This document shows, piece after piece, positions 1 through 13,788 of a stretch of DNA of 64,000 bases. Source of the stretch: the human T2T-CHM13v2.0 reference genome, Homo sapiens; the NCBI RefSeq assembly GCF_009914755.1, contig NC_060925.1, one strand, 5' to 3'. A program made the translations under genes and the position numbers. The notes under the pieces were generated by a model. That model searched no databases, was not told where the DNA came from, and saw only the letters and a program-made list of their open reading frames with translations. Within the stretch, counting starts at the first letter, position 1; the number at the start of each line of letters is the position of its first letter.

Positions 1-1
1 C

Positions 2-924
2 TGAAAAATCACACAATTTTATAAATTTAGAAAGGAGAGCTTTATTTCTTATATAGGTTTGCAGTCTGCAAGGTGGCCATTATGACAGGCTGGGAAGTGT
101 GGCCTACAGCCAAGGCCAGAGGCAGGCATTTCCAGGGAGGGAAGGAGAGGACAGGAATTTGAGCCAAATGAGTTGGCTACATATACATACTCAATAGGAT
201 ATCAGAGGAGCTATATCATTTTATGAGAATACTCATAAAAGAGGTCCTAATGCATGCACATTCAATAAACATGCATGTTCATTCTGGGGTGGAGACTTGA
301 CATTTAAATGTATTATAATTAGGCCCTACACATCAAAAAGTGAAGCAGGGACATGAAGGTACTCAGCCTCTGTAAAGGCACTGCCTCCAAAACTGGCCAG
401 AACGAGTCCATGGAGGATGGTCTCTTATCAGGAGAAAGTTACTGAAATCAGTCCCTTGTCCAGAGAAAGCTGTCATTAAGGTTAGTGGGGCAGGAGATCA
501 GTTACTCAGCGTCTGTGAACTGGGTGAGTTGTAATTGTTTTAATCTTGCTTCTCTCACAGCCAGTGCTTGCTTGGTTGCTAGAGAAAAATAAAACCCATG
601 TGGTAGTTAGAATCTAGTTAATTCTTTAAGAGTAGGGTACAAGACTTAACGCTCGCCTGGCATGGCCCTAGGTCCTGTTTATAATTTGAGGTCTTATTGC
701 CACAAAGAGTCTGTTCTGTCAGTCTCATGATCTCTATTTTAACATTAATGCTGTTCAGTTGTTGGGTCTAAGCCATAAGAGGGAGGGAGGTACAGGGAGG
801 TATGTCTGACCTCCTGTCCTGTCATGGCCAAGAACTGAATTTTAAGATTTATTTGAGGTTCCGTTGGCCAACAGGGGGTCTGTTAAGTCGGGTGGGGGGC
901 TTAGGATTTTATTTTTAGTTTTCA
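2..924 (-). mobile_element. Solo ERV1 LTR of the MER4 group (MER39/MER49-like)
   Basis: The minus strand starts TGAAAACTAAAAATAAAATCCTAAGCCCCCC at 924, resembling the recalled MER4-group LTR 5' end; ~920 bp long. Subfamily not verified. Confidence 0.6.
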
Positions 925-1504
925 AGGGAGATAAAATAATTTAATCAATTGGCCCCCGTGACTGTGGGATTAACATGGCTATGATCTGTCGGACAGACTT
1001 CACGCTGGCACCCAGGCAAAATTCTATGCTGTAGTAAATGCATCATGCACATTTGTAACAACACGTACATAACAATGTCACAAAATACTTTCACGGTGAC
1101 ACCTAGATTAGTATTTTATTGAATAGCTGATGATATAAACTGGCTCATTTGATGCCAAGACTGACCATCACCACCATACCAAGGTCATCACTGATCAGAG
1201 GCCTAACCCAAGGAGGGGGTCATGTGCAGACCCAGCAGTGGGGAGGAAAGATGCTGCAGAGGAGACGGATGCCCACAGAGGCCCCTGAGCAGACACAATG
1301 CTCACTAAGTGGTAAGTATAGACTCAACGTAGGCTGTAAGGTCTCCCCCTGTGCAAATGGGACCCCGTCCACTTGAGAGTCAAGGGTCTGTTTGGGTGGC
1401 AGGGATAGCCACTTCTGAAGGTAGAAAGGAAAATAAGCCACCAATTTGGTAGCTTTCTGTGAAATGGACATCGTGCTTAGAATCTCCATTTTCCCCACAA
1501 CCTG

Positions 1505-1610
1505 GAGGAATAAGTACTGTCATCTGCATTTTGTAGCTGAAGAATCTGACTCAACAAAATTAAATTACTCGCCTAAGCAATTAGCAATTAACCAAGTCTT
1601 TCTGACTCAG
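1505..1610 (-). mobile_element. MIR fragment
   Basis: Degenerate MIR core: catctgcattttgtagctgaagaatctgactca...aattactcgcctaag. Confidence 0.55.
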
Positions 1611-2434
1611 AAACCCAGCTGTTGCCTGTTCATATCCAGCCCCTGTATTGGGGTCAAGATCTGGCCTGTTCTCAATGCAGCAAGATCCAGGCAGATCACA
1701 CTGGACTCCCAGCACTGAATCTGGCTCGAGGGGACATCAAATTTGACTGGGTCATGGGGCTCAGGAGCATCACTCTCAAAAATAGCAGTACAGGAAGAGG
1801 CGATGGCCCTAAACAGCATTTGCAGGCAGATCCCATGTTAATCGTAAGGGTCAGGACTCTCACTTTTCTGTCTCTCTCTCTGTCTCTCCTCTAGGGCTGA
1901 CCCCACATTGGACACCACTACATCCATGTCCATCACACACCACAGCTGCCTTTTCTTCTGCCTGCTTATGGGAAAGTCCCCTCCTCTCCTCCATTTTCTT
2001 CTCTTCCTGCCCTATCACACCGTGCACTTCTCCCTTTCCTTAAAGAACCACCATCAACTTTAGGAGGAGGGAAAGGGGTGGCTCTGGCAGGAAAAGCCAG
2101 AATCCCCTCTAGCCAGCAGAGAGAGAGGAATGGCTGCCTGTTTTCTCCCCCAGTCCAAGGCACTAGGTTTTGGCTAGGTTGCAGGTTCCAAGCTGCTCTC
2201 CTGCTGTGTCGGTGAGTTCTGGTCAACCTGCAACCTCCTGATGTGGCCACTGCAGTTCATCGAGTCTTCAGGGACTCCCCATGGCCTGGAGTACTTTGCC
2301 TTGCTTACACGGGAGAGGAGAATGGATTTATAGGGAACATCATCTAAATCCAACTTGACCATTGTGTGGCCACACTTGCTAGATTGCTATAGTCTAAATC
2401 TAGCATTGTAGAAAGACGGGGGAGCTTGGAGCTG

Positions 2435-2530
2435 CACAAACCCAGGTCTGGAACTGGCTCCTTACCTTGAAAGGTGAATGATCCTGGCAGGACTCTTAGC
2501 CTCCCTGGGCCTCAGTTTCTTTATCTGTTT
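2435..2530 (+). mobile_element. MIR fragment
   Basis: ctgggcctcagtttctttatctgt MIR core motif. Confidence 0.55.
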
Positions 2531-2794
2531 CTTGCTGGTTGGTTGGGTGATGTGGGGGCTGTGTGAAAACAGCTTGTCAATACAAGCCGAAATAGGAATA
2601 TTTCTCCACAGAGTATGAAGGTCAAATGAGAGAATACATTTAAATTAAATGGAAAATTAAAATGGCAGAAAAGGCAAAGTTGTATTGAAAGTTCCGAGCT
2701 TCTCTATAAGGAGCTTTTTGACTATGTAAGAATCCGGTACTCGTTCCCCCTAAATATAAAAAAAAAAGTTGAAGGAGGAAGAAGGGAGAGTGAT

Positions 2795-3063
2795 GCATGA
2801 TGGGCGAGGACTTCACCTGCTGTTGCTGGCTTTGAGGATGGAGGAAGGAGGCCACAAACCTAGAAGCTGGAGCCCCTAGAAGCTAGAAAAGGCAGGGACC
2901 CGATTCATCCCTTGAGCCTCCAGAAGGGACATAGCCCCGCCAGCACCTTGACTTTAGCCCAGTGAGATCCTCTTAGGACTTTTGGCAACCAGAACTATAA
3001 GACAGAAATGGAAGCCACTGAGTCTGTAGCTGTTTGTTGCAGCAGCAATAGAAAACTAATGCA
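2795..3063 (+). mobile_element. MLT1 (ERVL-MaLR) LTR 3' part
   Basis: gagcctccagaaggg...cagcaccttgactttagcccagtgaga...gcagcaatagaaaactaatgca, typical of an MLT1 3' end. Confidence 0.75.
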
Positions 3064-3081
3064 GAGCCCAAGAAATCACTG

Positions 3082-3200
3082 GTGATGAGATGGGGAAGTG
3101 GGCTCAGGAGGTCTGGATCTGTGATGAGATGGGGAAAGTGGGCTCAGGAGGTCTGGATCTGTGATGAGATGGGGGAAGTGGGCTCAGGAGGTCTGGATCT
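3082..3200. repeat. Minisatellite, 3 copies of a 39-40 bp unit
   Basis: gtgatgagatgggg(a/g)aagtgggctcaggaggtctggatct at 3082, 3121 and 3161. Confidence 0.95.
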
Positions 3201-3274
3201 GAGTTGGGGATCTGGAGTGGAAGGGGAATTCATTTGTTCATTGTCTATCCTTTTGCATTGATTGAGTTTTTTTC

Positions 3275-3283
3275 TATATATAC

Positions 3284-3317
<34 letters not shown>
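3275..3317. repeat. (TACA)n(TA)n microsatellite
   Basis: Read directly from the sequence. Confidence 0.95.
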
Positions 3318-4061
3318 GTGAATTTTCACAATAAAAGTTTTTTCCAAAATAAAATAAACAAAAGGGGCTTTTTGCAACCCAATTCCTATCTATGTCTGAG
3401 TCCACTTGTATTGAATGAGTCTTTCTGCTAACGTCCTTATATTTGGGTGACAATCTGAATGTCAGTGACCAATCAGAGCAGAGGCAGACCTTGGAGTGGG
3501 CAGGGCACCCTGAGGGCCCTGATTCCCGCCATGAGGCATAACCCTTTAGGTGCCAGACCACGGGGAGGTCCAGGGGTTGCAGGGGAGGGCTGTGCATCTG
3601 CAATGACTCTCAGGGGGCTCCCGGTGGTGGCAATTGGTGAATCTGCACGGTGGTGTTTCAATATTGTCACAATCCTGCTGTCTCTCATGCTCTTAAAAAG
3701 CATTTCTCTTACCTGTGACAGACTTCCTATACCTAACAGCTTGCAAAAATTTTCCAGGTTAATGAGAATAATCTCTCGGAGCCATACCTCCCTGCTTGGG
3801 GTCTCAGTTTCCCCAACTGTCTCCAGACAAGTTAGGCTGGAAGGCCCCTGAGCCTCAGCCCCTCTATACCCCTCCTGTCACCCAGACCTGATCTGGGTCT
3901 TGCACCCTGGGTGCAGCAAGACAGGGGTGGGCAGGGGCTGGCTCTGGGCCAGAGGACCCTTTCTGATGGACTTCAGCTGTTGGCCTTCCAGGGGAGACTG
4001 ATCAACCTCACAAGAGTCATACGGTGAGTAGCAGTGGGCAGATCCATCCCCCTCGTCTTAG

Positions 4062-5172
4062 ATTTATGGGGAGACAGAGAGAAAGAGGAGACACTCCAGG
4101 AAGACCTGCAGGTGGGAGTACCAGGTTGAAACCAAGGACACATTCCTGGAGGAGCTGCTGTTTGAGCCAGCTCTGAGAACAGGTGGGGACAGGACTGGAG
4201 AGGAGGAGGGGGTCCCCTATGAGCAAAGACTGGCCACCACCCCATCTAACACCCCCACAGGGCCCCTGTGGCATCCCTGTCCAGTCCCTGTCACCACCCA
4301 GTTTTTCCCTCTGGACCCAGGAATTCAAAGTAAGCAAGGAGGTCCACTGCTCCAGTTGACTGCAAATAATTACAACCTTGAGCCCAAGCAGCACTTTGGG
4401 TCCTGGTTTGGGACCATGAAGCGGCTCGGTGAGACTGAGAGGTAAGGCCAGGACAGGAATTGGGATAGTAGGATTGAACTCTCCCTGGGGGCCAGCCTCA
4501 GAAAGCCTGTGGCCATGGCCTCTTGGCCAACATCAGATCCTGTGGTCTGGCAATGCCTGGGGTACCCAGACCTCACTCTGGACAGGCCCTGGGAGGGGGC
4601 CCTGGTGAGATTCCTGGCAGCCTCACAGCCACTCTTCTGTCCATAGCTACAACATGTCATGCCAGCTGGAGGCTCCATCCCAGTTGGCTGGGAGCACAAA
4701 GGCCAGGAAGATAGACATCACCCACCACTGGGGCCAGTCGGGGCCTGAACCAGGGCGGGCAGAGGTTGGCTGCCTTGGGATATGGGTGGGCTCAGGGAGT
4801 CAGACAGCAAGGGACTAGCTTCCCATCCTACTGCTGACCAGCTCTGTGACTGGGGAGAGTCACCTTACTTCTCTGGGCCGAGTTTCCCCCTCTGTGGAGT
4901 GACACTAAATGCTCTCTCTGGAGACTGGGATCAATAGGGCACTGGTGATTGACCAGGCACTCAGCACATGCCTGGAGCACACAGTGCAGGGCTGTGGTGG
5001 GGAGGTGGCCTGAGTTCCTGGGGAGTCACCCATGTGTGCCTGCCCTTCTGACCAGCCACCAGGCCCTCAGGGCAGAGCCTACTACCAGCAGCAGCTCACA
5101 CCCCGACACCAGCTCAGAGGCAGCCCCTACCTCAGCAGCAGGGACATCACGGACACTTTGAGCTGCTACTAG
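4062..5172 (+). pseudogene. Putative duplicated 3' gene fragment, four phase-compatible exons (4062-4182, 4321-4441, 4647-4764, 5056-5172); parent gene unidentified
   Basis: AG acceptors and GT donors join into a 158-aa open frame ending at TAG 5170-5172. No homologue recognised. Confidence 0.4.
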
Positions 5173-5695
5173 GGTGGCTTCCCCAGCTCCCACGTGGAGA
5201 GGGGTCCCAGCTGAGTCCCACTCACGTGGAGTCTCATGCCCATGAAAGTGCCATTCACCACTGGTCAGGCTCATGAGGCCGCATGAGAGGGGGGGTCACT
5301 GGGGAGGAGATATCGGGGTAACAGAGAGGGTGGTTGAATTTTTGTATAATAGGCAGTGCAAGTGTTTACCGTTTGGGAGGGGAAAGGTTTGTTATTATTA
5401 GCAATGCTACACTTGAATATTATACTAAAATCCACTTTCTCTATAACCTGGGAGTTGCTCTTTTGTTCTTTCTTTTCCCATCTTAATTAAAATGAGATGC
5501 AGACTCTCACGGTCCACAGTCGATTAAGAAATCTTGCACGGCCATCAGGTTATGTCTTGGAGAGCAGAGTTTCAGTACCATCAGCCTGGCAAGGAGCCGG
5601 GCCTGCTCCTCAGAGCTCCCGGGACTGTGAGAATTGGCATGTTCACAGGGCACTGTCACAGCCTCTGAAACACGCTGTCTTTAAAGACGTTTGCA

Positions 5696-5996
<301 letters not shown>

Positions 5997-7980
5997 GAAC
6001 ACAAAGACATTTGCAAGGACCATGTCCTCACCCAGAATGGTGCCTGCCTTTCTACAGTTTTTCAGGAAGAGGAAACATTTTCTGCTTCTCTCGCTGAGGT
6101 TTTTTTTAACCACCCATTAGGAACGTACAGATTTCAGGATCGAACACTGGGATTCCCTCAGCACTAAAGGAGGAAAATTGCAAACAGAGCTGAAAGTGCA
6201 ATGTGCAAAGGTCAGGCTGAGGAAGGTTCTTAGCCAGTAGACCAAGGGCAGGAAGGACACTGCCTCCTCAGTCTCCCACTTTGTGATTCTTGTCCCCTGA
6301 CCTCAGAATTCCTTGTCATGTTTTGTCTCCAAGGGAAGGGTTTGAATTACAGAATTTAAGGCTAGAGTGGGCCTCGTGCAGTTAACATTAACCCTCTCTC
6401 TCCTTTGCTGGCCGAGGTGAAGTCCAGAAACATGTAGTTCTGATGTCCACTCTCTCGGGGGATCACCAGTTCACCCATCTCACCCGGCAAGCTGGGCCCT
6501 AGTTTGGTGACAGGCATCTTCCACCCACCTGGGAGGCAGGGTTCAATACTCTGCCTCTGACCTTGTTTCCTTCTTCTGCCATCTGCTTAGGCAGCCAGAA
6601 GGGGTTGTCCAGCCAGCACCTGGGCTTTGGCCCTCCTCAAGAAGGTGGAGGAAGTTTCAGGCACCTGGCTCCTCAGGTGTCTGCCATCCAGGTGCTCTTC
6701 AGGCCTGCCCAGAAGAGCTCTCTTGATCCAGCTAGAACTGGCCAGAACTGACTCACTCAGGAATGTGTAGACTTTGACATCAGGGGCTGCTTTAATTTGC
6801 ACAATTTCCAAATACCTCTTTTTTCTTCTTTTTCTGATGAGTCATCTCCCTAGACTTGCATTTTAAAGAGATAGATAGTTATCAGATTCCAGAGAAGACA
6901 TGGTAGAACATTTATATGTCAAAGACACAGAGCTGAGACTTTAGTTTTAGATACTATAATTTGCCTAAACCAAAAAGGAAGGTGTAGGTAAAGTTCTAGT
7001 CAAGACAGGATGGCCAGGAAAAACACCTTAAACCAAGGGACGGCTTGCTTTGCTGATTTAAGCCAATGGCTTCTTTATCATAAGACTTCCCAGTGATTTA
7101 GTCCTCCCTCTCTTCCAGTGCACAGAGACATACCCCTCCTTACAAATAAAAATGTTCTTTATAGATGGAAATTTATTTTACAAAAATGTTTCAAAATAAC
7201 CAGATGAAAATCATCCTTATGCCAGAAAGACTTGGTTTTTTTTTTTTCATTACTAGAAATGAAACAGTAAGTATTTGTTGTATTGACATACTTAGGCTTA
7301 GAACTATGTTTAACAAGAAAGCCTAATAATAGCACTGTGGTTAGACTGCAGCCTATTTTTCCAAACCATCATTTTATTATTAAGGAAACGAAGGATCAAA
7401 TACCTTTCATTCATCTGATATGATCCTTTAAAACACATTCCACTAATAAGTCCCATTTGGAACAGCTGAAAATCTTTTAATAAAACTTTTTAAAGATGAG
7501 CTCATGGCTTAGTGTAAATTTCACAAGCTTAATTAGGTCAAATGGAAGGAACTCAGATGAGTAGTTGCCCAATCAGAGCCCATTATTTGTAAGTCATCAG
7601 ACCCCTCCGTGACCTTAAAACTCCACTCTGACCTAATTATTGCAAACCTATATACAACAAAGTGAAAGGATTAATTTTCATTCATCAACCTCTCAATCCC
7701 AGATTTTCAAAGAAAAGACCTATGTAAGGAATACTTGCCAAAACCAGACAGGAGAATTAGAGCCTGCATACTTAAGAGTCAAATTTGTTCCACTACAGCC
7801 AGGTGGCATACAATTACATCATTTGGTTCTTCATACACTCTAGAACTGACTAGGACAGAGTTTAGCATAGAAAAACTGTAAGAAATAGGTTCTGAAACAT
7901 AGAAATTGCGAAGTTCAAAAGGCTATGAAAAAAACTAATGCAAATGAGAGACTCCCCTCCCTTTGTTTTAAAGAAATAGA

Positions 7981-8737
7981 CCCATCAGAGAAATGCAAAT
8001 CAAAACCACAATGAGATACCATCTCACACCAGTTAGAATGGCGATCATTAAAAAGTCAGGAAACAACAGGTGCTGGAGAGGATGTGGAGAAATAGGAACA
8101 CTTTCGCACTGTTGGTGGGACTGTAAACTAGTTCAACCATTGTGGAAGACAGTGTGGCCATTCCTCAGGGATCTAGAACTAGAGATACCATTTGACCCAG
8201 CCATCCCACTACTGAGTATATACCCAAAGGATTATAAATCGTGCTGCTATAAAGACACATGCACACGTATGTTTATTGCAGCACTATTCACAATAGCAAA
8301 GACTTGGAACCAACCCAAATGTCCAACAATGATAGACTGGATGAAGAACATGTGGCACATATACACCATGGAATACTAGGCATCCATAAAAAATGATGAG
8401 TTCATGTCCTTTGTAGGGACACGGATGAAGCTGGAAACCATCATTCTCAGCAAACTATCGCAAGGACAAAAAGCCAAACACCACATGTTCTCACTCATAG
8501 GTGGGAATTGAACAATGAGAACACTTGGACACAGGAAGGGGAACATCACACACCAGGGCCTGTTGTGGGGTGGGGGGAGGGGGGAGGGATAGCATTAGGA
8601 GATATGCCTAATATAAATGATGAGTTAATGGGTGCAGCACACCAACATGGCACATGTATACATATGCAACAAACCTGCACACTGTGCATGTGTACCCTAG
8701 AATTTAAAGTATAATAAATAAATATAAAAAAATAAAA
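7981..8737 (+). mobile_element. 5'-truncated L1PA (ORF2 C-terminus, 3'UTR, poly(A))
   Basis: ORF 7993-8379 is the L1 ORF2p C-terminus ([21 protein letters not shown]...CWWDC) with a premature TAG; G-rich 3'UTR; TSD AAAGAAATAGA at 7970-7980 and 8738-8748. Confidence 0.97.
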
Positions 8738-11607
8738 AAAGAAATAGATGTTCTGTAAAAATATACACAATTTTTACAAATACATTTATAAGTTGTTTTT
8801 ATCTTAAAAATTGGGGATATTTCATATTTATAACTAATTATTGAACCTTAAGTTTTCTTGGCCATTTCTAGGCTAATAAACTACGAATCATGTAAACTAA
8901 GCCAAAGTAGAATAGACATAAAAAGTCCTCAACACTTCAACTTCCTATCCTTCAAGAAGTATACCTCGCAAAGCTCATTTGAGAGAGGAAGAGCTTTCCT
9001 CCACCCTCTGTTTTACAGCGCTGAGGCTTCTCATCACATTTCTATGACTTGTAGCTTAAATCCATGTTACATGGTAACTGGCATTGTTAGTGCTTCTCTT
9101 TTAACACAGTAGGAATTAATCAATTTGGTGGTGTATTTAATTAATTCTATCACTAGAGGATTGTAAAATTACATATATGAATACCTCACTTTAGAGGCCA
9201 CTTAATTTTTTTCCAAGGGGATATTTGACTACATTTCACTTGTGTCTTATTTAATGATTTTATAATTTAAACCCTAAATTATAAATCTAGAATTTAGAAA
9301 GTATATTTCCCCACTGGATTACATTTTTGGAAATATTATTTTATATGTGCACAAATATTACAAAATCACTGTAGACACCTGAAAACTATATTATCTTTTA
9401 AAGGCAATATTTACATTAAACTGGTATAACAAAATTGTTTGGTGCATTTTTTTCCAGTACATTTTGTATATATTACATGTTTAACCTTTTTTATTCAGCA
9501 AATAATTTTTGAGTATCTACTAAGTGCTAGGTTCTGCATTACTAACTGAATTTAAAGAGTGAAATAACAGACATGGTCTCAGACAATAAAAATTAACATT
9601 AGGTCACCTATTTATATATTTTAAAATGGTAATTATGAAAACTTTTTGAGATTTTTAACTAGATAACATTATAATAATACACTTGATGTTGTTAATATTT
9701 GCCAGTGAGCAAAAAAGAAAATAAAAAGATGGTTTTATTCAATATACACTTTAAAATTGCAGAAAATAGTCAAGTTTCTCTGCTTTGCAGTTGAATGTCT
9801 ATGTGGTTTTCTCCGCAACTTGCCTTTTGTGGAGTGAAACAATTATTCTTCCAGCCCAATAAAGGCAGAAGAGTAACAATAAATCTAATATTTTAAGTGC
9901 TTCTCAAAAGATAGTAAACATATTACTTCAGAATACTGAGTTCAATAAGTTGACCTACAAAAAAAGCCAAACTGACAGTATTACTGAATAAGGAAAGGCC
10001 CAAAGAGACAAAATAATTTTTATTTTGTAACCTCGGTATGACACAACTTACCCTAACTATAAAGACCCTAAATTACCAAGATGGGTGCTTATAATAAGGA
10101 GAGTAAAAAAAGTCATTTGACTTTTAGCTTTTTTATTTCTCTCAGAATAAAAAGTGTAAAAGGAGTTTATAAGGAAGTTGATACTATAAGTTAGTACTAC
10201 AATGACAGCACTTTTCAAGAAAAGACTTTTTTCTCTCTTACAAATATCATGTTAGCAGTACTTGTTTTCTCCAGAAATAATGAGGAAATAAAAACATAAG
10301 TATGTGGGTAATTAGTGTAGTTTCTTAAAGAAATGAGTTAGGCAACAGGCTAATAATGTATACTTAGCTGGCTTTTGAATGCCAACAATCATATTCTTTA
10401 CAAGGCACAGAGAAGATTTTTCTGAAGAATAAGTATGTGAACCTGAGAAGTAATCACCACTTGGTAGTGACAATATGGATAGGGTGAAGGGTGTCATCAA
10501 GAAGCAATGAAAAGATACATTTGCAGTTCAATTTGAAAACCATGATGTTTAATACATATAGTAATAAAGAATACTTTCTCCTATTTCAAAATTATTTTAG
10601 AATTTAAGATAGAAGCTAAAATACCTAGGGATAATGATATGAATATCAAAAATTAAAAATTAAAGGACATTCTGAGTATTATAAGAATGAGAACTTATTA
10701 CCCAATGAACAGGGGTTAATTCATTATGCTCCATATCCATTGAATTAAAAGACAGGCCCATTACCTGGATAATTTGAAAGTTTAATTTTATTTAAAAGTC
10801 TTGTTTCATTCATCAAGCTAAAGGATTAGCTCCCAGAAATATTCTAGGATTGCATATCCCCAACTCTGTAGGAAGTATAGAAAGAATGTTATAAGGGCCA
10901 CCATCTAAACATTATTATGTAAATAATTTAGTACGATTCCATTTGCCCTTGTAGATTTAAAAATGTAAATGGCTTTCTCATATTAGGAAACATCACTTTT
11001 CAAAACTCAGATAAACATAGTACATTGCAAGAGAATAATTATTTTCTTTATTAAAAAAGAAATACTGGATGCTAAGTCCAAAAGACATAAATTATTTTAT
11101 ACTAATAACTACTAATATTTTATTCATTAAAATATAAAGGTCAAAGATTTCAAAATGATCTTTAAATGATTAATAACATGTTGATCTTTTTCTTCTTTCT
11201 GTAAACCTTTTTGAGTCTTAAAAATACTAAACTATACAAGCAATATTAAATAGTATATAAACTTGGATTAAAATATTCAAATTTACTAGAATGTGGACAT
11301 TGGAAAGAATGAAAATAAACAGAAGCATAAAGCAGCAGATATAAAATTAAGAAAGCAACTAAGAGTGTTTAAAGTACATATTCATCTGTAGTCTAATGTC
11401 TACCATAAACAATGACTCTTCTCAGTAAAACACAAATTGTTCATGAAGGGAAAAAGCATGTTGTATTAGAGAATATTCAACATAATTTTTTTAGTACTAA
11501 CTTGTGCCTGGAGTATTATTGGTTTTTCTATTATGAACTTATGCACTTGTTAATTTTTTTCATAAAAATTATATGTACAACTCCATTCAAAAGCAGTTTT
11601 TGGTGGG

Positions 11608-11908
11608 TTTTTTTTTTTTTGAGACAGAGTTTTGCTCTTTTCACCCAGGCTGGAGGGCAATGCTGCGAATTTGGCTCACAGCAACCTAGCAACTTTTGCC
11701 TCCCAGGTTCAGGTGATTCTCTTGCCTCAGCCTCTCGAGTGGTTAGGACTACAAGCATGCACCACCATGCCTGGCTAATTTTGTGTTTTTAGTAGAGACA
11801 TGGTTTTGCCATGTTGACCAGGCTGGTCTTGAACTCCTGACCTGAGGTAATCCACCCATCTTGGCCTCCCAAAGTGCTGGGTATGGGCAAGAGCCACCAT
11901 ACCTGGCC
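11608..11908 (-). mobile_element. AluS
   Basis: Antisense Alu; TSD tca(a/g)aagcagttttt at 11587 and 11909. Confidence 0.93.
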
Positions 11909-12252
11909 TCAGAAGCAGTTTTTAAAAGCAAACACAGTATAACACTAAAGTTGAAAAATCTATGCTCACCCAAGGATGCCAGGTTTAATAAATTATTTAT
12001 AGAATACTGCATCAAAAATAAGATAATAACCCAAAATATACCATTAAAGATGTATCCACTCCTACAACTAGAGATAATTAATCTATCTAGTAGCAAATGA
12101 TACTTCAATCAGTTTCAGCATGTCTGAAATCTTTAAGGACAAAAGTGATAAAACATGACTTCATTCTTCATTAGACTCTTAGAACACTTGAAGGAAAATA
12201 ATTTCTGAAGCACAAAGAAGTAAAGAGGTGTAATCTTTCAAAAAGATATTCA

Positions 12253-12575
<323 letters not shown>

Positions 12576-13109
12576 GAGTCTAATATCGGTATACACAGAT
12601 AATATACTGAATGAAACAAATAGAATAATTTGAAGAGGTATCTTGATGAACAAGGAGTCATTAGAAAGGTTGTATTCATGTCTTTGAAGGAAATTGCAAT
12701 GTGAGAAATTAATACTTTGACTACTATACTAAAAGTTTATTGCTAACATGTATTGAGTTATTAACGTGTGTTAGGCAGAGTACCATATAATTTACAAGTG
12801 TTATCTCATTTATTGTAGGTAAAATGTAATTTTGAACTCTGGGAGTATAAATGAATTAGATAGAATAAAATTCTATTTAAATGGCCATCAGTAAATCGGT
12901 ATCTAGGAACAGGGTGATACGGTGCCCAAGTTTTCTATTCTTACTAAATGTTGTGTTTCATTTTCAATGTTTTCTTGGATATTGCTCTTTTTTGGTGATT
13001 TTGATTTTTTTTATTTTAGAAAACTAATAAATTGACTCTTCTTGGTACTGACTCGGGTTTTATAGAAGAAAAAGTAATTAAATTATGTATATTTACCTTT
13101 GTCTCATTT

Positions 13110-13788
13110 TTTCTCTTTTAAATTTACTTTAATTGACATATAATAAATGTACATGTTATGGGGTACAGAGTGATATTTTGATATATTTATGCAATGCGTA
13201 AAGATCAAGTCAGAGTCATTATCATATCCATTACCTTAAATCATGTATTATTTCTTTGCAGTGAGAATATTCAAAATCTTTTATTTTAGTTATTTGAAAA
13301 CACACAATAAATTCCCGTTAACTACAGTCACCCAACAGTGCTGTAGAGAACTAGAACTTCTTCCTTCTCTCCAGCTGTAATTTTGTATGTATTAACCACA
13401 TTTTTCTTATACTCTTCTTTCTCCTACCCTTTCCAGGATATGGTAACCAAAACTCTACTATCTACTTCTACGAGATTAAACATTTTAGCTTCCATACATA
13501 AGTGAGAACACGTAGTTATGTGGTGTTTATGTTTCTATGCCAGGCTTATTTCACCTAACATAATGCCCTCCACTTGCATTCTTGTTGCCACAAATAACAG
13601 GATTTTGTTCTTTATTATGACTAAATAGTATTCCATTATATATGTATGTCACATTTCTTTATCCATTCATCTGTTGATGGACACTTTTGTTGATTCCACA
13701 TCTTGGCTATTGTGAATAGTGCTGTAATAAACATGGGGGTGCAGGTAAGTCTTTGATATACTGATTTTCTTTCCTTTGGATATATACT
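13110..13788 (-). mobile_element. L1MA-type 3' end
   Basis: Antisense L1 3'UTR/ORF2 end (ttatccattcatctgttgatggacac...ttggctattgtgaatagtgctg). Confidence 0.85.

Noticed and set aside
3082-3200. CRISPR-like direct repeats (also the 44-bp units at 33032-33471)
   Set aside because: Head-to-tail tandem repeats with no unique spacers and no cas genes, in primate DNA.
7993-8379. 128-aa ORF as a gene
   Set aside because: C-terminal remnant of L1 ORF2 with a premature stop in a 5'-truncated element.
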